From Mobula hypostoma (taxonomy: Eukaryota): a stretch of DNA of 64,000 nt. Each line of letters starts with the position of its first letter. The first letter of the stretch is position 1. Below, in pieces: positions 40,653 through 52,051 of this stretch. Under the pieces are notes generated by a model. That model ran no database searches and was not told the origin of the DNA. It saw only the letters and a list, made by a program, of their open reading frames with translations. The stretch spans positions 96,536,001 to 96,600,000 of the forward strand of contig NC_086097.1 of assembly GCF_963921235.1 (NCBI RefSeq), read 5' to 3'. A program made the position numbers and the translations under genes.

Positions 40653-40839
40653 CTTCTTGGCCCCGTACTGCCGACCGTCTATGTTTCAGTTCACTCCAGG
40701 AAAACTCCCGTTTTTTCTGGAAGTGCCTCCTTCCCCATCCCTTAGTATAAGCCAGGTACACGAGACCGAAGCCGGCCATTGCCCCTATTCCCAACCCGAG
40801 ACTAATGCGGGGCCTACAGACGATTAGCTCCTCACTCAT
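40653..40839 (-). CDS. RMDN3: RMDN3 first coding exon (mitochondrial outer-membrane anchor)
   Basis: MSEELIVCRPRISLGLGIGAMAGFGLVYLAYTKGW aligns without gaps to mammalian [35 protein letters not shown]; donor GAAG|GTGAGC, phase 1, joins exon 2 in frame; an in-frame upstream ATG lies at 40869. Confidence 0.88.
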
Positions 40840-41340
40840 TCCACTGCTGGCGCTCCCTATGATTCTCATGGTCAGGAGCGGCAGGTGGAACAGGGATGAA
40901 GATGCTAGCCTAGCCCTACACCTGTCCTTGCCCGGGAAGCCCCGCCCCCTCCCTCCTCACGTGACCGGCCCGCACTCCCGCGCCAAGGTGCGAACACCGC
41001 TCGAGTTAACGGTTGCGCTCGCGCCGGCAAGCAACAACCGTTAGCGCCTTCATCACCCGGACATCCCCTGACAAGAACCGGTGGCTCAGGTCCCTACAGG
41101 TCACTGTGGTATTTCTGCCGCCCGCCTCGCCCTTTCCCCCGGTCGTGTCATCGCTGCAGTACTACTGCACGCTACAGCTCACGCGCGGCGGTTGGGAAAA
41201 CGGAACGGCCTCCTTTGTACTGCCGAATAAAGAGTCCTCCCGCGCCCCCCACCCCCCGGAACCGCTGGAGCTCCAACATAAGTTCCGCACCGCCCTGCTC
41301 CTGGCTCTGTTGTCAAGTGTCACAGCAGGGAGCCGGTGTC
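40660..41340. promoter_or_regulatory. CpG-island promoter of RMDN3 with GC box and E-box
   Basis: Sharp rise in GC and CpG against a CpG-poor background; GCCCCGCCCC at 40939-40948 and TCACGTGAC at 40957-40965. Confidence 0.8.
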
Positions 41341-41599
41341 TTTCAGGCACTACTAGAACATCGATGGTTTACCCATTTCACATTCCTAAACACATTTGCC
41401 GTGCTGGTTTACCAACATGAAAACAGAAGTCTTGAAAATCTGACTCCTGCTATCACCTACCATCCCCAGTCTCAACCCTCCCTTGTCTGTTTCTACCCAT
41501 CACCCTCTGCCTCAACACTTCCCAATACCTCGGGTCCTTTTTATACTTTTCCTCTCTCACCCTTGTGCCCACTCTCTCTCTCCACTTTATCCATGCTTT

Positions 41600-42295
41600 C
41601 ATAATTTTAAACATTTCTGTAAGGTTTTCCCTTATTGTCCAATGTTCCAAGAAATGAAGACCTAGCCCTGCCCTTTCCTTATCATTTAGACCAGGGGTTC
41701 TCGACCTTTTTTACGCCATGGAGCCCTACCATTAACTGAGGGGTACGTGGGCCTTAGGTTGGGAACTCCTGATTTAGACCTTGTAGTCCTGGCAACATCC
41801 TCAAAAATCTTCTCCACATTCTTGCCAGTTTAATTGTGTCCTATCTATAATGGAGCGACCAGACTGTACACTGTACTTCAACTGTGGACTCATCAATGAC
41901 TTATACAGCTGCAATATAATGTCCCAGCACCGATACTCATCACCCTGACTAATGAAAGCCAGCATGCTAGGCACCTTTTTCACCAAGCTGTCTACCTGTG
42001 TTGCCGCTTTCACTGATCTATGCACTTGTACTCCTGGGTATTTCAGTTCCATTACTCTCCTTAGAGTCCTACCATTCTTAGTCCTAGGATAAGTCCTAGT
42101 CTTGTGAGCATTTGTAAGACCCTGTAGGAGTTGCATGTTTTTTTGAAGTTGTTCTATACTCATTCAGATAAGCATGTACTCTTCTCATTAATTAAAATAA
42201 AATTCCTATTATTTCCACCAAAGTGGATGATCTCACATTTTTCCACATTATATTCCATCTGCCATGTTTTTGCCCATTCACCAAACCCATCTATA
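41600..42295 (-). mobile_element. Old CR1 fragments
   Basis: WAKTWQMEYNVEKCEIIHFG and LLQLYKSL-like motifs. Confidence 0.7.
41692..41771. mobile_element. 80-bp hAT (Charlie-type) MITE
   Basis: TIRs CAGGGGTTCTCGACCT / AGGTTGGGAACTCCTG; exact 8-bp TSD ATTTAGAC at 41684-41691 and 41772-41779. Confidence 0.88.
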
Positions 42296-42364
42296 GTATA
42301 TCCCCTGATTTCTTCCTGCCTCCCCTTCAGAGCCAACATTATCTTCTGTAATATCACACCATGT

Positions 42365-42975
42365 GAAAAAGATTGGAAACAGCTTCTCCAAGCACCTTCA
42401 TTCCATCTACCACAAAAAGCGGGATCTCCCAGTGGCTGCCAATTTCAATTCTACTTCCCATTCCCATTCCAGCATGTCAGTCCATGACCTCCTCGACTGT
42501 CAGGATGAGGCCACACCTCATATACTGTTGGGGTAGCCTCTAACCTGATGGCATAAACATCGATTTCTCGAACTTCTTGTAATTGCGCCCTCCCCCCCCA
42601 CCTTCCATTCCTCATGCTGGTTCGCTGTCTCACCTTATCTTCTTACCTGACCATCACCTTCCTCTGGTGCTCCTGCCCTTCGCTTTCTTCCATGGTCTTC
42701 TGTCCTCTCCTTTCAGATTTCCCCTTTCTCCAGCCCTTTATCTCTTTCAGCAATCAACTTCCCAGCTCTTCACTTAAACCCCCTTCCCTCTCCCAGTTTC
42801 ATCTATCACCTGCCATCTTGTACTTTTTCCTCCCCTCCCCCCACCTTCTTACTCTGACTTCTCCCCTTCCTTTCCAGTCCTGATGAAGGGTCTCGGCCCA
42901 AAACATTAACTGTTTACTCTTTTCCATAGATATTGCCTGGCCTTCTGATTTCCTCCAGTATTTTGTGTGTGTTGC
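42365..42975 (+). mobile_element. Neptune-like Penelope 3' fragment
   Basis: KRDLPVAANFNS, pyrimidine-rich UTR, terminal repeat with CAGTCCTGATGAAGGGTCTCGGCCCAAAAC (GAAA mutated). Confidence 0.82.
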
Positions 42976-45889
42976 ATATGAAAAAGAATTTTTCCAGGTA
43001 TCTTGTCTAATGTTTTCCCCTTATTAACAGCTGGTATTTTATTTAGCAAATTTATTTTTATCAAGATGCTACCAAGCAAAACTTGACATTCAGTCACATG
43101 TGTATGTATTTGTGTACAATTGGCCAGAAACTTGGGAGACTGAGACAGACTTTTACTCAGGAATTCCAGATCTTGAGACCAAGGCAGCTAAAAACCTGAA
43201 CAGCAACCAAAATATAATTATAAAATTGTTACAGCACAGACGAAGACCATTTGGTCCATCAAGCAGTACCCATTTAGTAGTCACGTTCTAATTCTGAAGT
43301 ATTGCAATATTTTTACTTAATGAAGTTATTTATTGAAATCCATAATTAAAACCTTACCTGTCATCTATTCAAGCAGTGAATATAGCTGTCCACTATACTT
43401 GGATGGGGGTAGGGATTGGAGTCAGAGTCATCATTGTGTCTTTTGGATATTTTACCAATCCTTGCAAGCCTGTATCCTCTGCTTTTTGACAGTTTTGCTA
43501 AAGGTGGCAGTTTATACTGCCTGGATTCTACATGATTTTGAACAGTTTTATCAAGCCTCAGTGTAATCTTCACTCCAGGAAGTGGTATCAACCTCATCTT
43601 CTCAGTGTATTAGCATAACCGAGATACTTTTTTTCACAATTTAAGGTTTCTTTGTCCCTCTCTTAGATCTTCATATTTTTTCTAAATTGTAATGCCCAGA
43701 ATTGGGTGCAATAGTGCACTTGAAACCAAATATGTTTTATAAAGGGTAAACAGCTTTCTTTTATACTCTCGGCTTCTATTTGTAAAACAACACCTATATG
43801 CTATTTGAATTACTTACTCAATTTGTTCTGCCATCCTCAAAGACTTGTGCACATATATTTCTTCAGTTCTTTTAATTCATGCATAATTTAAAAAATTATT
43901 TACTTTAGATTATATTGCCTCCCCCACCTGGTTACATCTAATTTACCTACTACTGGTCTTCCCCTTCCCCTCATCTGGTTCCATCGATCACCTACCATAC
44001 TCTGACTCACCCCACCTTCTGACTCATAGAAATGGACTTTCTCACTCTCTCTCACCCTCGACTTTTATGCGGGGTCTCAGCCCAAAATGTCTGCTGCAAT
44101 ACCCTTGCCTGCACAAATGCTGCTTGACCCACTCCAACAGTTTTTATTTGCTTCAGAAGACATTAATGTGGCTCCAGAGTTGCATATTCATAAGAATAAC
44201 AAGTTTCCTTTCTTGAACTAACTCTGTTTTATCACATCACTGTAATTCTGTGGTTGTCATTACTAATCTCAGCTTTTTATTAAGAACCTGCATAATTTAT
44301 TTATTTAGCTGAAATTCAATTCACTAGCTGCCAGCAGCTGTGAAAAACTACATTATGTCATTACTTTTTACCCGCTTGAAGGGGCAATCATGTGGCTGCA
44401 GTGTTGCATATTAACAAGAATGGCAAATTTCCTTTCCCGATCTAGTTGTATTTTAACGGTTTTGTATCTAAGCTGCCAAGGCCCTTTTGATTTAAAGTGG
44501 TTCAATTTTGCTTATGTATATTTTATGTAGAGTTTACCAAAGACCTTTAGAATGGCCATTTACCAATCAACACACACTATTCCCTCATAAAAAAATAAAT
44601 TGGGTTGATCAAATTTGCCGCCTTTCTTTTACTTTTTCAAACTTGTTCAATTGTGTTATTAATGTTATTTTGCTTTATGTTTCTACTTTTCCTTTCAATG
44701 AGATCAATCAATCTCCTCAGTGATTGCTTCTTTCCCTTCAGTGAAATGCAATGTATTCTTTTAAACAAGTGTGCAATATTTGCACTCCAGTCCTCTATCA
44801 CCATCTTCACATCTAAGAAGCTTCATAAAATTATGATCAGTATCTCTGCAATATTCATCTCAACAAATTGCAAATGCATTCTGGACACTTGGGTACTTCA
44901 TCCTGCTGTGCAACCAATCTTTCTAATTACTTACCCTTTAAAAAAATTTGCCTTTCAACCAATTTATTTTCCACTTAAAATGTGACATTGACAACATTGA
45001 TAACCTTGTAAATACAAATGCAAAGTAAAAAAAGTTTGCCATATCTCCTTTTGCTTTGTACAATATCTGTACTGGGTTCTTGATCAGCTACATGTGTCTT
45101 CATACCATTTACTATATATATACCGATATGAAAGACTAATATTTTGTGATTTACTGCTGCATTGTATCTTTGGACTTCTTTTCCTTGCTCACTTCCTTCC
45201 CATGGCTACCACTATTTATTCTCAGTAAGAGGGTCAGTACTGTATTCCTTCATTACCATATACAGAAACAAAGGCCAGTATTAGTCTGGAAGTACTAAAG
45301 TGCCCTTACAGATCCAAGGCCTTTGCCACCTGCTACTCCACACTCCAGCCAGCCAGGCTTGTTGCTAAGGGAAAACCACACAGACAGGTGTTGAGTGGGT
45401 GAAGTCTGGTTTGTGATCTTATGGCTAGAGAATCCTGAAGGCTGATCAGAGTCCTCATTCATCATCATCGGTGAGTCCTGGGGTTGATACCAAATATTGA
45501 AGACCAAAGATCAGTCAGAAGTATGGAGGTTGAGGCTTGATGACTGGAGTCCTGTGTCTGCAAGTCCATTGGGGAAGTTGGAGGCCCAACGTCTGCAAAT
45601 CTGAAAGTCCACTGGAGCATGGAAGTCAAAGACGGCCTATTCTGGGGTTGAAGTACTGTGCATGTGTGTGGGTGGTGGGAGAAACAGGGCTTGTTTTGCT
45701 GTTGTTGTTTTGTTGCTTATGTGTTCTGTGTTGTTCTGCCAAGTGTTGTAGGATGCTACATTGGCACTAGAATATTGGCACTTGTGGGCTGTGTTTAGCA
45801 TGCCCTTTACTTGTGTTTATTGTTAATGCAAATATCTCATTTCACTATATGTTTTAATGTACATGTCATCAGTAAAGGAATCTGAATCT

Positions 45890-46570
45890 GGTGAATTGTA
45901 ATTCAGAACATTATGACATGATTCATTTTTCTATGAAAAATGAGTGACAAATATAAATGAAACAGTTTAAAGAACATGTAGAAACAGAGATAGGAAGATG
46001 TTTATACGATATTATTTAGAAATGAAAGGGCAAGTTGAGAACAGTAATTAAAATGGATATGGGATCTTTGATTTTGTAAATTGAAGGATAAAAGCAAAAA
46101 CAAGGACGAATCCTACATATTTAAGAGACTGTTTAAGCCAGTTGCAAATTTGGTTATCCATTTTGTGCACCACATTTTAGGAGAGATGATAAGAGAAATT
46201 ACATTGGATGATGCAGTAGAATTCTACTGGAAGAGCAGGACAGTTATTTGGAGAGATTCGAGGAACTGGGATTACTTTTCCTGAAATCAGACTTGGGAAA
46301 TTTGACAGAGATCTTCAAAATTGTGAATAGTTTTGGCAGAGTAAATGAGATAAAACTGTTTCTAATGGTGGAATATTGGTAACAACAAGTAACAGATTTA
46401 AAGTAATTCAGAAAAAACATGAATGATTGTGGAGGAAAATATGGTGGTATTATCTAAACTACATGCCTGAAATAGAAGGAAATACAACAACAGTATGAAA
46501 ATTAGATAAATACTTGAAGAAGACATTTTAAAAGTGTTATTAGAAAAGGCAGGTGAGAAGAATTAATGAA
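45890..46570 (+). mobile_element. Very old CR1 3' fragment
   Basis: Degenerate but colinear with the CR1 3' half seen at 48900-49550. Confidence 0.6.
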
Positions 46571-47693
46571 CTAGCTCTTCCTAAGTTTTGCACAAACAAT
46601 ACAAAGAAAAAATTATCTGTTTCCTTAAGCTCATTGCAGGCGGCAGACAGACATGGGATTTCCATGATTTGCTGTCTACCTCAGAGTGTAGACGTTCATG
46701 CACTGCAGTCATCTAAGCTTGGTCTTTACAGAGATCTCCCTAGCAACTTCACGGTGGGTCTCCATGGCTCCCTCCCTTGCCTAAAGACCATGCCTCCTTC
46801 AAGTACTTCATTAGCAGCAAGTCTAGATTCCTCTAACCACCAGGGAGCACTCTTCCACAGCCCTTGTATTATTGTTACATTTATTCACAGGTATCGTCTA
46901 CAACTGGAAGTTTGTGGCTTGTACTACAGTATGTCCTTTGAGAGCTGGCTGCGGGGAGAGAACCATAGAACTATAGAACACTACAGCACAGAAAACAGGC
47001 CATTCAGCCCTTCTAGTCTGTGCCAAAACTTTATTCTGCTAGTCCCATTGACCTACACCCAGTCCATAACCCTCCAGACCTCTCCCATCCATGTATCTAT
47101 CCAATTTATTCTTAAAACTTAAGAGTGAGCCCGCATTTACCACATCAGATGGCAGCTTGTTCCACACACCCACCATTCCCTCAGTGAAGAAGTTCCCCCT
47201 AATGTTCCCCCTAAACCTTTCCCCTTTCACCCTAAAGCCATGCATCTTTCCTAATCTAAGTGGAAAGAGCCTATTCACATTTACTCTGCCTATACTTATA
47301 ATTTTGTAAACCTCTATGAAATCCCCCCTCATTCTTCTATGCTCCAAGGAATAAAGTCCTAACCTGTTTAATCTTTCCCTGTAACTCAACTCCTGAAGAT
47401 CCAGCAACATGCTAGTAATTCTTCTCTGCACTCTTTCAATCTTACTGATATCCTTCCTATAGTTAGGTGACCAGAACTGCACACAATACAAAGACAGTTG
47501 CAACTGGCTTAAACAGTCTCTTAAATATGTAGGATTGCTCCTTGTTTTGTTTTTATCCTTCAATTTACAAAATCAAAGATCCCATATCCATTTTAACTGC
47601 ACACAAAGACAAATGTAGGTCCCTTACAGTCAGAAACAGGTGAATTGATCATGGGGAACAAGGACATGGCAGACCAATTGAATAACTACTTTG

Positions 47694-47967
47694 AGCAACA
47701 CACATAAAAGTTGCTGGTGAACGCAGCAGGCCAGGCAGCATCGCTAGGAAGAGGTGCAGTCGACGTTTCAGGCCAAGACCCTTCGTCAGTCCTGACGAAG
47801 GGTCTCAGTCTGAAACGTCGACTGCAGTCCTGACGAAGGATCTTGGCCTGAAACGTCGACTGCACCTCTTCCTAGAGATGCGGCCTGGCCTGTTGCATTC
47901 ACCAGCAACTTTTATGTGTGTTGCTTGAATTTCCAGCATCTGCAGAATTCCTGTTGTTTGCGTTTTA
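47694..47967. mobile_element. Fold-back Penelope mini-element with three hammerhead cores
   Basis: Inverted arms of about 95 nt, an extra central 38-nt unit and a 42-nt one-sided tail; 14-bp TSD GAATAACTACTTTG at 47680-47693 and 47968-47981. Confidence 0.92.
47787..47862 (+). ncRNA. Tandem pair of minimal type I hammerhead ribozymes (predicted double hammerhead)
   Basis: Two 38-nt units CAGTC-CTGACGA-(13-nt stem-loop II)-GAAA-CG-TC-GACTG; stem I CAGTC/GACTG is perfect; helix III is reduced to palindromic ACGU; predicted cleavage after 47819 and 47857. Activity not shown. Confidence 0.75.
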
Positions 47968-50844
47968 GAATAACTACTTTGGTTCTGTCTTCACTAAGGA
48001 GGACATAAATAATCTTCCAGAAATAGTAGGGGACGGAGGGTCTAGTGAGATGGAGGAACTGAAGGAAATAGGGAAGTGGTGTTAGGTAAATTGAAGGGAT
48101 TGAAGGCAGATTAGTCCCCAGGGCCAGATGGTCTGCATCCCAGAGTGCTTAAGGAAGTAGCCCAAGAAATAGTGGACGCATTAGTGATGATTTTTCAAAA
48201 CTCTTTAGATTCTGGATTAGTTCCTGAGGATTGGAAGGTGGTTAATGTAACCCCGCTTTTTAAAAAAGGAGGGAGAGAGAAACCGGGGAATTATAGACCG
48301 GTAAGCCTGACATCGGTGATGGGGAAAATGCTAGAGTCAGTTATCAAAGATGTGATAACAGCACATTTGGAAAGCTGTGAATTCATCGGACAAAGTCAGC
48401 ATGGATTTGTGAAAGGAAAATCATGTCTGACGAATCTCATAGAATTTTTTGAGGATGTAACTGGTAGAGTGGTTAGGGGAGAACCAGTGGATGTGGTTAA
48501 TTTGGATTTTCAAAAGGCTTTTGACAAGGTCCCACACAGGAGATTAGTGTGCATACTTAAAGCACACGGTATTGGGGGTATGGTATTGATGTGGATAGAG
48601 AATTGATTGGCAGACAGAAAGCAAAGAGTGGGAATAAATGGGACCTTTTGAGAATGGCAGGCAGTGACTAGTGGGGTACCGCAAGGCTCAGTGCTGGGAC
48701 CCCAGTTATTTACAATATATATTAATGACTTAGACGAGGGAATTAAATGCAGTATCTCCAAGTTTGTAGATGGGTGGCAGTGTTAGCTGTGAGGAGGATG
48801 CAGGGTGACCTGGATAGGTTAGGTGAGTGGGCAAATTCATGGCAGATGCAATTTAATGTGGATAAATGTGAGGTTATCCACTTTGGTGGTAAGAACAGGA
48901 AAACAGATTATTATCTGAATGGTGGCCGATTAGGAAAAGTGGAGGTGCAACGAGACCTGGGTGTCATTGTACACCAGTCATTGAAAGTGGGCATGCAGGT
49001 ACAGCAGGTGGTGAAAAAGGTGCATGGTATGCTGGCGTTCATAGCAAGAGGATTCAAGTACAGGAGCAGGGAGGTACTACTGCAGCTGTACAAGGCCTTG
49101 GTGAGACCACACCTAGAGTATTGTGTGCAGTTTTGGTGCCCTAATCTGAGGAAAGACATTCTTGCCATAGAGGGGGTACAAAGCAGGTTCACCAGATTGA
49201 TTCCTGGGATGGCAGGACTTTCATATGATGAAAGACTGGATCGACTAGGCTTATACTCTCTGGAATTTAGAAGATTGAGGGGGGATCTGATTGAAACGTA
49301 TAAAATTCTAAAGGGATTAGACAGGCTAGATGCAGGAAGATTGTTCCCGATGTTGGGGAAGTCCAGAATGAGGGGTCACAGTTTGAGGATAAAGGGAAAG
49401 CCTTTTAGGACTGAGATGAGGAAAAACTACTTCACACAGAGAGTGGTGAATCTGTGGAATTCTCTACCACAGGAAACAGTTGAGGCCAGTTCATTGGCTA
49501 TATTTAAGAGGGAGTTAGATAAGGCCCTTGTGGCTAAAGGGATTGGGGGTATGGAGAGAAGACAGGTTCTGAGTTGGATGATCAGCCATGATCGTACTGA
49601 ATGGCAGTGCAGGCTCGAAGGGCTGAATGGCCTACTCCTGCACCTATTTTCTATGTTTCTATGTAATACTCCAAATCTGGCCTCACCAATGTCTTATACA
49701 ACCTCACTATAACATCCCAACTCCTACACTCAATACTTTGATTTATGAATGCTAGGATGCCAAAAGCCTTCTTTACAACCCTGTCTACCTGTGACACCAC
49801 TTTCAGGGAATTATGTATCTGAACTCCCAGATCCCTTTGTTCCTCCGCACTCCTCAGTGCCCTACCATCTACTGTGTATTTCCTACCTTGGGATGTCCTT
49901 CCAAAATGCAACACCTCACACTTGTCTGCATTAAATTCAATCTGCCATTTTCTGGCCCATTTTTCCAGTTGGTCCAGATCCCTCTGCAAGCTTTGAAAGC
50001 CTTCCTCGCTGTCCAAAATGCCTCCAATCTTAATGTCATCAGCAAACTTGCTGATCCAATTTACTACATTATTATCCAATGAGGTTGAATGCTTGCAACT
50101 ACATAAATTTCAACAGAGCAAGAAAATATATCATATAAACTGACAATAACTCTTCTATGAACCTTATAATTGAATATCTTTGTGGGATTTTCACGAACTG
50201 TGCTAGGTTCAACTCATCCTCTATGCTAACACCATGAAAAAGACTTAAGCACTTTCTTCCTTTTCCACACTATCACATTTATACTTTTATATTCATCTTT
50301 CAATCTCCCTTATGTTTATTATTCATTTTTTGCCATCTTGTCCTCCCATTCATAACTTATCTCTCCAACACCCAATGGTGACCATTAATTGTGCATGATA
50401 CCACACCTTTTCATTTTGTAAATTTAAGTGTTATTGTAGTAACATTTTTAATCCCATTTGCTCCTCAATCAGTTTACTTAAATACCAAGTTTGCTTGTTA
50501 GATTCCACTGTCTGATGTGGAGGAAAACTTGCAATAAAGACCAGTTGATACTGTGGCTTGATTTACTTGAACCAATATAGAAAATTGACTCTTCATTTTC
50601 TGTAACTTTCACAGTCTAGATGGATGGCACACAGATCAGTGTTCGACCTGTATTTAGATACAACTCAAAAAGAACCTGAATATTGCTCACTAACTTAAGT
50701 GGCGTTGAGGTTCATTTTTAAGGATACATATCGGTTCTGTAGAATCAATGTTCATAACTACGTATTGCTCCCACCTTTTCTAGTAAAAAATTAAATCAGT
50801 CAGAGCTATCTCCCTTGTCTACCTGGTATGCTGTAAAAGACCTA

Positions 50845-51180
50845 ACACCATCGGATATAGGATCAGAATTAGGCTGTTTGGCCCAACAAGTCTGTTCCAC
50901 TATTTGATGTGGCTGATTTATTTTCCTTCTCAACCCCATTCTCCTGCCTTCTCTCTGTAATCTTTGACAGCCTTACTAGTAAAAAACCTCTACAATTTCT
51001 CCACTTTAAATATACCTGATGAATTGGCCTTCTTAGCCATTTGTGGCAATGAATTCCACAGATTCACCACCCTCTGGCTAAAGAAATTCCACTCATTTCT
51101 GTCCTAAAGAGAGCCTTTTAGTCGAAGGTAATGCCCCTTGGTCCTAGGTTCTCTCAGTATTGGAAATATGTTCTCAATAT
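50845..51180 (-). mobile_element. CR1 3' end (host of the solo LTR)
   Basis: Reverse complement of TTTAGCCAGAGGGTGGTGAATCTGTGGAATTC and of the CR1 3' UTR. Confidence 0.75.
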
Positions 51181-52040
51181 TGTTACGTACCTCGTAACTG
51201 GGTTGCCAAACCAGCAGAAATGGATCACTCAGTTGGAGTCTGGAGTACTAGAACTAAGAAAGTTTTATTAAAGAAACAAGCAACACAGTAATCGAAAGGA
51301 TAATAAATGCAACAGTTCAGCGATGATAAACACACATGTGCACAGAATTAAGATAACAGCATCAATCAAGCTCTATCGTTGTCTAGGGGTAAATGACCAA
51401 ATTTCAAAATGACTCAAAGTTCAGTCCAGTTCAGTTCGCAGTCATCGTTGCCATGGCGATGGACAACGTGGGGGAAGAGAGATAGAGAGAACAGGAACAA
51501 CTGATCATTCAGAACACTGCTTCACTCACAGACCGGCGAGATTGCTCACAAGCAACTTTTTGGGCGGGTCCTTGGTGATGTCACCTGAGGTCACCGACTG
51601 TGACCCCTCCTCCAGATGCGGTCGATCCTCTGCAGTGAACCCGGCACCCAGGCAAGGGCGGACACACACCGGGTTCCCGCTGATCGTACCTTTCCACCCT
51701 GGTCATTGTCTGATACTTCTCACCCACTCGTGAGAGGCGCACCGCTTCCAGGGTCTCGTTACCTCGGGTGGCGTGTGTGTCTGTCTTAGCGAACCTGTCC
51801 CTTTTTATCCCCCTGCTGGGGTATCGCCTGTCCATCACTTCAAACAGTTCAGGGTTCAAAGGGGGGAGCCGCTCCAGACAGCTCTCTCTCTCCCACGTTC
51901 CTTCATTACACATCACCAGACGCTGCTCCATTGTTCCTTATCTCTCCTTCCCCTGAGGGCAGGTGGCAGACCAACTGCTGATGTCACTGATGCTAACCCA
52001 GGCCAGCAAACATCTTAATTTTATGTGTATTCTCGTAACA
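51181..52040 (-). mobile_element. Solo LTR, 860 bp (Gypsy- or ERV-type)
   Basis: TGTTACG...CGTAACA termini; 4-bp TSD ATAT at 51177-51180 and 52041-52044; on the minus strand a TATA-like GATAAAAAG (51809-51801) and AATAAA (about 51269-51264); CpG-rich. Confidence 0.88.
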
Positions 52041-52051
52041 ATATCCACTAG

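Larger units (their letters stand above)
47605..49664 (+). mobile_element. Young CR1 LINE (RT domain to tail), 5'-truncated
   Basis: Long ORFs with [44 protein letters not shown] and LVRPHLEYCVQFW; (CTATGTTT)n tail; few stops. Confidence 0.93.
46958..50079 (-). mobile_element. CR1 LINE (minus), split at 47489/49665 by a younger CR1
   Basis: ISKFADDIKIGG..LVRPDLEY (49665-50079) continues as YCVQFWSP..FFTEGMVGVWNKLP (46958-47489); AATAC duplicated at 47485-47489 and 49665-49669. Confidence 0.9.

Noticed and set aside
41013..41420. Plus-strand ORF in the CpG island as a divergent gene
   Set aside because: No ATG start at the ORF beginning and no recognisable homology; long ORFs are expected in GC-rich DNA.
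51181..52040. Full provirus or protein-coding gene in the LTR (ORFs 51581-51931 etc.)
   Set aside because: The TSD directly flanks a single LTR, there is no gag/pol, and the ORFs have no recognisable motifs.
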